This document shows positions 25,061 through 34,851 of a stretch of 64,000 bases of DNA, piece after piece; the first letter of the stretch is position 1; each line of letters begins with the position of its first letter. Both the position numbers and the translations under genes were made by a program. Below the pieces are notes generated by a model, which saw only the letters and a list, made by a program, of their open reading frames with translations, had not been told where the DNA came from and ran no database searches. Location of the stretch: assembly GCA_002189035.1 (NCBI GenBank), contig CM007992.1:806001-870000 (forward strand), written 5' to 3'. Source of the DNA: Utricularia gibba. Taxonomy: Eukaryota; Plantae; Magnoliophyta.

Positions 25061-28000
25061 TCAAGCCTCAGACACATTCACCTTCTCATTGCTAGGAGAT
25101 GCATCTTGTGATCCTTCTGGCTGAGACTCATGCTTCGCAGCAGCTTGCAGCACCCGGCTCTGGACATCCGACGACGACGGCGACGTCGGAAGTCCGTTAC
25201 CGCCATTCTCCACTCCTCCGGCAGCTCGAAACACCGCATCGACACCAAGTTTCACAGGGGTCAGCAGCAGACTACAAGGCCAATGCAAAAGCATCACGTT
25301 CATATCTTTGAGTGACAATTATCATCATATATCGCTATGGCACCTTAAATCCTGCTTAAGGTCTTCAGCATCCTCATAAGAAGCTATTCTCCTGTATATA
25401 CTCTGAGCAGAGGATGGAGAGAGTAAGAAGAAGGCAGGAGTTTCAAGTTTACATATGCAGCCATGTCTGGGGGGGGGGGGGGGGGGAATGAGCAGTTAGC
25501 TACCTGGCTAAGACCAATGATACCAACTAGCTGCAATGTCTTTTCCCACTCTACAAAAAAGCAGACTTTCAGACAAGCAGAATAGTACAACATGGGGTGT
25601 TTTGATGCCATAAATCTGTGCATAAATTGTCTGAATAGGTTCAGTTGTTACCTAGTAGCGAGTATGCAGCTGTGAGGGCAATCTGTTGGACAGAAAGGTG
25701 TCATGTTATAATGCAAATGACCAACAAAAGGAAAAGCATTCCAGGTACCATTTGTGAGCCACACCAGAGAGCCTTACCAGTCCATAGCCAACAAGCTTCA
25801 AGGGAGTTGGTTTAATTTCCTCTATGATGGCTTCAGTTTCCTGTAACATTTTAGGATTAGTTGCTAGATTCGTTTCAACCTCAGGAGCTGAGGAGATTCA
25901 CCTCATTGAGTACTGTAAGAAGGGTCTCCGGCTTTAGCATTTTGATTCGAAGTCCATCGTCTACCCACGACCGAAAACCGCCTACAACCAAATAAGTTTT
26001 CTGGCACAAGGGGGCACTGAAGTTATTCTCTGTGTCCAAATTTTAAGGGACAGAACTTGAAGTAAACTTTTGGAGAGATGGAAATCTGGTTTTAACTCTC
26101 ACCATCAGTTACCTTAGTTCCAAGCTTTCTCAGTGACCTTGCAACTCCCTTTGAGCGGCTTCCATCTGAGTCCAGAACCAATACTTTTGAATTGTCCTGA
26201 AGAGAAAAAAAAAATGGTATAGCAGTTTTTCCTGTTGCCCTTTATAGGCTTGAAAGTGGTATCAACAAAAGCATGTTCATACATCAGCAATTTTAAGATT
26301 GCGAATCACAGCAGCAAGTAGCATATCCTCAAGCTCTCTGCCACCCTTCAACAAGTTTCTAACAGAGTCATTGACCTGCAAAATAAAGGCAAAAATAAAC
26401 TACTTTTTCCATTGGTAAACTACTGAATCAAGGCAAAAATAAAGATGAAATGCTTGGATAAATGACCTCCGGTTGTGTAACACTGGAATATCGACCCCGA
26501 GCTTTTCTACGAAGATCTGGGATGCCATCTCTTTCCCTAAGTTCCTTCATGTGAAAAAAAGAACAATAAGTTCCTGCAAAAACAGCTAACTTGCAAAGTG
26601 CGAAGCATTTAGCATCACTAAACACTAGAAAAGTTCAGGGGCGACTCTAGCTTTTGAAAACAGGAATGATTGATAGTAGAATGAATGTCTTGCCTCAGAG
26701 CGAATGTCAATGAGCACAGCATTCTCATTTCCTTGCAAGAGCTCCAAAACTGATTCAGGCGACAAGTCTCCAGAGTATCCACCATATACTAACACTCTAT
26801 AAGCTCCCCTGCAAAAATCTGATGAGAAGTGTAACTTTTATCAAAGTAAAATGGGTGGGAAATATGCCCCAAACTCTATTTTCCTTGCATGATTCTGAAA
26901 GAAATCTATTAACAGAGGGGCACCCAGAAAATGAATTGGACAAGAAAATCCGTACCAGAAGGTCACTGACAGTCCGAAGAAAAGGAGGAGGTGAATTAAT
27001 GGATCATTAGGATCTAAACCAAAACTTTTCTCAACTCCTTCCAGAGCCGCATAAACCTTAGTGTAAGAGAAAAATGCTTCAGTCCATGCTTGGGAACAGT
27101 GCTCAATGGGATTTCATTTACAGTATATGAATTCTCACATAAAAGGAGCAAATATATTAAGAATTCCCTGTGAATCTCTGCAGCTTATCTCATGAAGTAA
27201 TGAACTTATCATGTTGTATCCCTGAGTTAACCGATCACATCTAACACATGCTATACTATCTAACATGTAGCATAGGATGCATAGAAAGTGTAAAAAGCAC
27301 CTGCTGCAGAGAAGTCCCGACAGGATGCAGCACCTTGTCAACATTTTCTTCAGATGATCTGATTACATCTTGGAACTCTTGAGGCAGAAGTTGTTTGGCA
27401 TAACTGTAAGAAGATATAGCAGCCTTTCCACCCTGTTCAAGAGAAGCCTCTACAAAAACAATCGCACCCCTTAACAAATCAACTGCAGCAGCCTTAGCTC
27501 CACCAGATGCTTCCTTGATTCCAGTAGTCAATCCTAGCAACTTATTTCCAGCAGATTCTCCAGACTTGTTAAAAAATAGAACAGTATCATGTATGACATT
27601 ATCCACCGCCTTGTTTGCATCTCCAAGAGTTGCTTTCACAGACAAGGAGATGGACTCAAGCTTTCCATTCAAATAATTTTGTGCCACTGAAAGGGAATCT
27701 GCCTTGATAGAATCAGAGAGCCGAGAAGGATCTACTGGCACTCCATCAAAAGATGCAGCAGATTCAGTGGCAGCAGAATTACCTATTACCATGCTTTTGC
27801 TTGTTTCCAAATACTGAGAATCATCAACCAAAGCAAGTGGGTATCTTATTGGAGTAGATTCACGCAGGTTATGTAACCCAGTTTCATACAGTGGCGTGCT
27901 TTTACCCACGCACATTGAGAGAAATCCCTTATTGCTCCCGTTATAGCCTGAGTAGAAACATGGAGTTCTTGAATTACGAGGCAAGGATCTCAATCCTCCA

Positions 28001-28134
28001 ACTCCGTGAATAGGGACCTGCACGAATGCTCTCAGTCTAAATTCTTCAACAATCACATCGACAAAATGGAATGTAAAAGATCCCACCTTTGTATCACAGC
28101 AGGAACAAATGGTTGCTGGGCTAACTAGCAGCAT
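25061..28134 (-). CDS. Chloroplast rhodanese-like domain protein (CAS-related, At3g59780-like)
   Basis: GLDPNDPL, YGGYSGDLSPES...VLIDIRSE|ELRERDGIPDLRRKARGRY, EWEKTLQL, and PVKLG...GLPTSPSSSDVQSRVLQAAAKHES...VSEA*. Confidence 0.9.
25469..25486 (+). repeat. G18 homopolymer inside a rhodanese-gene intron
   Basis: Eighteen consecutive G. The length may be unreliable in this assembly. Confidence 0.85.
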
Positions 28135-28278
28135 TGTTGATCAGCAAAAGTATGAACGCAAACGAACTAATCCCTCATTTTGAATTCACAAAATACGAAA
28201 TTACAGAAGAATCGCTCCGGCCAACGCTGCCGGTTGGTTGCTGCAAATCAAAATTTCTGAAATGGGAGTTGGTAGATT

Positions 28279-28864
28279 TCAGCCAGCAGCAACAAAATCC
28301 AAAAGTGGAAGAAGGATGCTGAGTAAAGCAGTTTGAAGAATTATCCAAGAAATCCACGTGAAATCACATGAGTGGCTGGTTTCCTTCTCCGCATCATCTT
28401 GGGCAGATGACTGCCACTCGTTTGTTTCGTTTGAGACAACATCAGAATCCTTTTTCATAGTATTTTGAGTTTTTTTTTCATGGAAAATAAATTCATTTGT
28501 GGTGAATAGCATAATCACTTCCCGATGGGGCAACTGATGGTCAAGAATGTTTACCATTGCCATCCCTGACATGCACCTGGCCTCCTCAATAGTGTTTCTA
28601 CTGCTGATTGAACTTGCCATATAAGCAATGGGGTCTGCAGCTGAAAAAAAGGTGGAAGAACACAACCAATTGGGCTAAAGGAAAAACTCTTGTTATACAC
28701 GGTTTATAAGACTGAGAAACAGCCACAGACAAGCCAACTCTGCATGACTCAGATCTAGAATTGGTTAGTTGGTGAGAAGCTTGGTAACCTAAATGTCTAC
28801 CCTCATCTTCTACTAGCGAGCTTCTGGTAAAGCATCGTCTTTTGGGGTGGTGTACTGCCTCCAT
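28279..28864 (-). CDS. Putative small spliced ORF (about 141 aa) with a hydrophobic C-terminus
   Basis: ATG at 28864, exon 28864-28801, intron GTAGAC...TTTTTTTCAG (28800-28641), then an in-frame exon open to TGA at 28279 ending FTWISWIILQTALLSILLPLLDFVAAG. No homologue recognised. Confidence 0.3.
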
Positions 28865-28868
28865 CTGA

Positions 28869-30451
28869 TCACAGTTTCATTCGTTTGGAAGGGCCTTGAT
28901 CAACAATGGGATCAATTGTTGGTTGATCTTCTGCTTGTGGGTTATCTGAACTCTTGTCCGTTTCTGCAGTCAGAGGGCTGTAGCCCTCGGGAAATGGAGG
29001 TGGAGGTGGTGCAGGCGGCAGCTGCGGTTATGCAACGTGTCTATTAGGAAACACAGCTTAAGCAGGCATAAGAAAAATTACCAATAAGGGTAAAGCAAGT
29101 GCATTTTTACAGACCACCATGCAATTTTCAAGAGAAAAATAAATGGTAGCACACCAGACTCAAGTTGAGACACAAGTCGATAAGGCAGAAAGAAAAAAAA
29201 GGCTACCTTCCGCTGTAATGAAGCAAGAATGTGGTCTAGACGCTTGAGCTCCTTTATGTCAATGGCCTCTTTGGTCGGCTTTGAATCCGAGACAACTTCA
29301 CTTTCAGAGTCAGCTACTGTCACAGGAAAAAAAAAGAGTGAGCATGAGGTTATCAAGCAGCATGACAGTAATTCTTTTCCTCTCCCAGATTCCTGATGAA
29401 TACCACCATAACACAAATCTCAGATGACGACTACTACCATAGCTATAAAAAGAGAACCAATCACTACCGTATCCAATTTTCTCCAGCTTGGAAGAGGCCG
29501 TGTAAAAAGCCTTTGATATATGGTACAATGCACGCCCCTGTCAGGAAGGATACGGTTAGTCATACTAAACCATCGGCACTGTCAGCCCCAAATCTTAGAT
29601 AGCAGCCTAAAGTGTGGGTGCTTACAACTCGAGATGCAAACACATTACAAAGCTGGGGTGCTTGATACACTGATCCGTCCAATACATAATACGTTTGCAT
29701 AGGAGTCACCTTCTCTGGGCCGTCCCTCTTTTGTTTTCTAAAGACGAACAAATGAGGCTCCAGGACATCACTCAATGCGTACTCGGTTCCAGTCATCTTC
29801 CTATGTGAATAAACAGGATCCAACAACAGATCATCAACAACAATGGACACAGAATTATACAGCAGATTTCAGAACAATGTACATACAAAAACATAATCAT
29901 GTTGACGCATCAAACTCACAAAACCCATTTCTCGGACTTTGAAACATGAGTTGCTTCCATAGATTAGTAAAATAGCATCTAGAAGGAACGCACTTCAACA
30001 CAGGAATTATGCCTCCAAATCATCCTAATGGGGCTGAAGTCAAGACAAAATTACAATTTTAAGAACAAGAAGGAACACAGAATAGCACCATATCTTAGGT
30101 AAAAATCCCACATTTAAAGCCGCAAAAAAAAAAAAAAAGGAATCGAAAAATGTGTACTAGGGCTAATTTATCCACTTACGATAGCTGAGAGACTTCGAGG
30201 GGATGAATTCCCCTGCCGCGAAGCTGCTCGTTATTGCAAGAATAGTCGTAAAATGGTGAGAGTGCGAAGTAATCAAAAACCAAGTTTCTGTCAAGAGGGT
30301 ATGTGTTGAGCCACAGCTGATCCCGAAAACAGATATCGGTCATATCTGTTCCAGGCTGCGGTGGCGCCGCCATATGTGGCGGAGGAGCCCCTCCATCCGG
30401 CGCGGTGTTCACACCGGCGGATGGTGGAGCAATCATCGGCGTCGACGCCAT
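28869..30451 (-). CDS. MED6: Mediator subunit 6
   Basis: [36 protein letters not shown]...[41 protein letters not shown], and [13 protein letters not shown]. Confidence 0.95.
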
Positions 30452-30659
30452 CCGCCTCTGAACTTTCGTACCAGAGAGGAAATTTTCGCGCTGCGGTTAC
30501 TGGGTTTACATTTACTTTTTTCAAAGCCACAAACTATTAAAAACAAAAAGCCACATGATGTCACCTACGCATGTTTCCCCTGCGGAGTATTTCGCCTGTG
30601 ATTCCCAGTAAATCACAAACAATACGCAAGTGCGCTACACACGCAGGCAAATCACACCT

Positions 30660-30670
30660 ATCCCACATCG
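30660..30670 (+). promoter_or_regulatory. Exact snRNA-type upstream sequence element (USE) with no recognisable snRNA downstream
   Basis: ATCCCACATCG matches the plant USE consensus RTCCCACATCG. No TATA box at the Pol II or Pol III spacing. Confidence 0.4.
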
Positions 30671-31299
30671 TGTGGCGAGAGAAAGCGGGACCTTTGGAGC
30701 TTGCCGTAAGCAAGAAACCCAAAAGGTAAGGAAAGTGAACCCCTTTTTCCACCGTAAGGTGCTAACAGAGAGAGTCAATTATCAAGCTTCAAGCTTGAGA
30801 GGCTGATTGCAGTGTGTCTGTTTGTTAATGAGATATATCAGGCATTTACTTCAATGGGTCTTTGTGATTGACAAGATTAGGCATCCCTGATGGAGATGAT
30901 GAAATGTTGGGATCATGGATAGGCTACTTTGGGTTAAGGGCTCTGCTGATAATGCTGTGTTGTAGATCTCTCATCTTCCATATTACCTTGTTGGATTGAT
31001 TGTAACTGCCATTAAAATTTACATCCCAGTACTTGTAATTCTGGTGTGATGGGGTGCTTGAATTTCTGTGAACTTTGCAATTCTTTGTCAAGTTGAATGT
31101 TACTAACAATGAGGGATCTCTCTCAATAGGTGGCGGTTCACTACATCTTGACTGTAACATGAGATGCAATATACGTTTGATTTGATTCTGTATTTGTTCA
31201 GTGGAACAAGTTTTGGGTATTGAATTGTATGACTAAATTACAGGGTTCAAAGTGTGAGAATAGAGGATTAACAAGTTGAGCCATTTCTGCTACCAAAAC

Positions 31300-32430
31300 A
31301 TGCCTAATCCCAGCCTCTTGGCTGCAACAAGCATCCCACATCAGAAAACCTACGGGGAGTTGTTTTCCCTGCAGTCTTGTCGCCGGCTGCGGCGTGCTTG
31401 CAGAATTTGTCATGTTTGGTGGGAGACATCAAGGAGCGGAGGCCTTGGCTGGACTCCCTTCTGCATAAACATGGAGCTGTTTTGTTCCATGGGTTTGATT
31501 CTGTTGCCACTGCATCAGACTTCAACGATGTTGTTGAAGCTTTTGGATATGAGGAGTTGCCTTACGTTGGCGGGGCTGCTCCGAGGAGCAAAGTTGTAGG
31601 CAGGGTATTCACAGCTAATGAGTCCCCCCCTGATCAGAAAATCCCCTTTCACCATGAAATGGCGCAGGTTTGTTTTTTGTAGCCGTTTTGGATTGACTTG
31701 CTGCGGAAAATGGACTTCAGATCCTTTACTTTTACCAGGTTCCCAACTATCCCACCAAGTTGTTTTTCTACTGTGAGGTAGAACCTGCAGAAGGTGGGGA
31801 AACTCCTATAGTTCTCAGTCATATTGTATATGAGAGAATGAAGGAAAAGTACCCTGAATTTGTTGACAAGCTGGAGAATTGTGGACTTGTATATATCCGG
31901 ATCCTCGGCGAAGAAGATGATCCTTCGTCCCCAATCGGCCGTGGCTGGAAATCAACTTTCTTGACAGAAGATAAGAGTGTAGCTGAAGAGAGGTTTGCTT
32001 TGTAGCTTACCTTATGGTCCTTGCGTATTGGTGTTGCCATTATTTGTGACCTCTTTTGACGTTCAAACAGGGCAGCCAAGCTGAAAATGAAGCTGGAGTG
32101 GACAGATGATGGGGTTAAAACCATAATGGGCCAATCCCAGCTATCAAATTTGATGAAACAAGGCAGCGCAAGATCTGGTTCAATAGCATGGTGGCTGCAT
32201 ATACAGGCTGGCTGGATAAACGGAATGATCCCACAAAAGCCGTGACTTTTGGAGACGGAAGCCTCTTACCGGAGCACATAATGCATGACTGCTTGAGAAT
32301 CATGGAAGAGGAAAGCGTTGCAATCCCCTGGAAGAAGGGGGATGTTTTGTTGGTTGATAACCTGGCTGTTCTCCACTCCAGGAAGCCATTTGTTGCTCCT
32401 CGGCGGATTTTAGCTTCACTTTGCAAGTAA
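31300..32430 (+). CDS. Clavaminate synthase-like 2OG/Fe(II) oxygenase (At3g21360-like); two apparent 1-bp deletions
   Basis: LPYVGGAAPRSKVVGRVFTANESPPDQKIPFHHEMAQ, FFYCEVEPAEGGETPIVLSH, and DNLAVLHSRKPF...ILASLCK*. Frameshifts at 31354-31357 and 32128-32132. Confidence 0.93.
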
Positions 32431-32710
32431 GAATCCTGTGTTAGTTTATGTATATTTTTCACTTCGTGTGTGAGATGCCCTGCTCTGGATTTTATATAGT
32501 CTAATAAATGGAAGCTTCATTACCTACGGGAGAGCTGGTTCCTTAACACAATGTTCTCATAGTTCTAAGCGGCCACTGAACTGGGCACATATACACCAAG
32601 TGAATGTCTGCTTGTGTTGGTACATAAGTACACCACATCTGTTATCATGGCTTGTGGTGAGCTGTTGTAGCTGATGTGCGTACCGGAGTGTTGATCCATG
32701 AAACAGACAT

Positions 32711-34300
32711 TCAGCGTTTCCTCATTTTCGACCGGGCATACCTGAAGACGCCAATGTTCTTAGTACTTTATTCAGTTAAACTCAAAAACCTAGACAGTGT
32801 TGTGAATTACTCTATGTGCATGCCACCGCGGTCTGATGAGGCCAGTGAGATGCCTTGAAGGTTATTCATTGCCTCTGTAGCTTGTTCGACTCGCTACGGA
32901 AGAGTAGAATGAGTCTCTTCTAACGCAGAGAAAGCTATAGTTTTCACACTAATATTACCTCATAGTCAGCAAAACAAACTGGCATCCCACCACTGGCACG
33001 AAGCTTGAGGCTATTGAATCCTTGGTACCTGAATCAAAAGCAACAAACATCAGCTTTCCCGGGAGACTAAAGGTGTAACTGATGGTTATCATGTGACTGG
33101 ACTACTTACTGAGAAAGAACATGTGTTAGCTCTTCTTCTGTACAATTTGGACCTAAATTTGCAATGAACAAGGTAGAGCAAGCCCCATCTATGTATTTCT
33201 CAACCTGAACCAACTTTCAGGATGTTCGAAGTTTCAAGAATTGGAATATGAAGAAAAGACTAGTATGGATGCTTACTACTTACACTATCAGTGGCTGAAG
33301 CATCATTATCATTTCTTGGTTGTTCCCTGCAAGCAAAACAGAATACCTTATTGTATCATATTACTCGGGGAAAACGTTAGCCGCAAAGTTTTCCAAAATA
33401 AAGTTCATGTTCAAACCTCATAATGTTCGTAAATTCATCATGGTTCTCAATTCTGGTTTCATCAGAATCACTATCTCCTGAAATTTGGGCATCAATGTGG
33501 ACGCTTCTAGAAAGAACGGAAGCCGAATATTAATTAAAAATAACTATTACCATCATCACTTGATACTCCTCTAGCTGCAGCATCAGATTTCACTCTTTTA
33601 TCAATCACCACGTACGGCCCAGTACCTGCTGAAGAGATTGAAAACAACATGACTCAACTCCCTAGAACCTTTTATATACATTTGGACAAGATAAACACCT
33701 GGCTTGCGTTTTCTTCTCGAGTTTGACCTTGCTAGCTCTATGTGCAAAGTGGAACCAGTTTGAGGATCAAATTTTACACCCTGTAATGCTGAACATCATC
33801 AACTTGCCACAAAAGTAGAAACTGACTACAAAGGAAATTGGCATTTTGATGGCATTATCATCATTGAGTTCAACAATAGAGTTTTCCAAACGATTCAACT
33901 AGTGACAGAGAGACAAAGTTGTCTTTTTGGTTAAAAAGAAAAAGAATCTCACATTCAGCGAGTGCAGGGCCGCCATTGCCGAGTGATGATTCATGAAGGT
34001 CGCAAATGCCACAACCTACGAATTGAATAAACAGCGCGATGAGTAACGCAATTCAATCACCACTCGCGGGGAGAAAAACAACGAAACGAAAACCTGATTT
34101 CCTCGGCCAGTGTACTTGAGTTGGCAGGTCTCGAATCCCGGCTTTCTACGGAAGAGATTGTGGATCTCTCGAGGCTTCACATCATCCGGTAGACCAGAGA
34201 CAAAAAGCGTGTTGATTCCACCTCTATCGTGAGAAGGAAAGACGTATTCCACCGGCGTCCCCGCCATGTAGTACGCCTCGTAAGGCACCTCATGAGACAT
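32711..34300 (-). CDS. Two-RRM RNA-binding protein (At2g42240-like)
   Basis: INTLFVSGLPDDVKPREIHNLFRR...QLKYTGRGNQ|VVAFATF...GVKFDPQTGSTLHIELARSNSRRK ... CSTLFIANLGPNCTEEEL ... SSDRGGMHIE|YARSKMRKR*. Confidence 0.92.
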
Positions 34301-34534
34301 CGAATTCGGCGATTCTTTCCCCGATCGTTGCTTCCGATTGTTCACTGCAGGACCCCCGCACTGTGTTTAATTTTAATTTATCAATTTTCTTGATCCATCT
34401 CATTAAACATTGAGCGAACGGTTCACAGGTACAAGCCCAGGAAGAACGATCCAAAAGGCCCACGAATAACTGTTACCCAACCCATTTACCCCTTCTAGAT
34501 GGTTCTGATGTGCAACGCACTTTCACTTGAACAA

Positions 34535-34547
34535 TTGAACTGCATTG
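34535..34547 (-). terminator. snRNA 3' box
   Basis: CAATGCAGTTCAA fits the plant consensus CA(N)3-10AGTNNAA and lies immediately after the U5 3' stem. Confidence 0.75.
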
Positions 34548-34548
34548 T

Positions 34549-34674
34549 AGAGTCCTCTTATTAGAGAACCCTCCAAAAATAGGAGTATGTCGCGTAGTGA
34601 GACAAGCACACGGTATTCTTTAGTAAAAGGCGAAAGAATAGTTCGCTCTGTGCTTATCTCGCGACTCCATGAGT
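34549..34674 (-). ncRNA. U5: U5 spliceosomal snRNA
   Basis: The - strand contains GCGAACTATTCTTTCGCCTTTTACTAAAGAATACCGTGTGCT (invariant loop I). It also shows a GGAGTCGCG/CGCGACATACTCC stem, Sm site TATTTTTGG (34581-34573) and 3' stem-loop GGGTTCTC-TAATAA-GAGGACTC. The ends are accurate to a few nucleotides. Confidence 0.95.
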
Positions 34675-34694
34675 TAACCGGTTGCACCGTTCCC

Positions 34695-34744
34695 TTTTTA
34701 TTGTTGCTAAAACCCCCTTGAGTCGTCCTTTTTCGATGTGGGAT
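34695..34744 (-). promoter_or_regulatory. U5 promoter: USE plus TATA-like box at Pol II spacing
   Basis: USE ATCCCACATCG at 34744-34734 and AATAAAAA at 34702-34695, about 31-33 bp apart. Confidence 0.85.
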
Positions 34745-34851
34745 TTCTTTTCTTTTCATAGCAGCAGCTTCACCTTCACCTATTTGTCCTCTTGAACTGA
34801 ACTTCCACCATTCAAAAATGAAAAAAATAGTGTTGTTTCAACAGCGATGGA

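Noticed and set aside
30896-30949. Box C/D snoRNA in the oxygenase 5'UTR intron
   Set aside because: ATGATGA and CTGA are only 54 nt apart, with no terminal stem and no rRNA complement recognised.
33175-33210. Apparent frameshift in the RRM gene before CSTLFIANLG
   Set aside because: The acceptor CATAG|ATG GGG CTT TGC restores the frame without an indel, so I did not count it. A homopolymer error cannot be excluded.
34523-34759. 78-aa ORF MKRKEIPHRK...
   Set aside because: It is the U5 promoter and snRNA read as codons.
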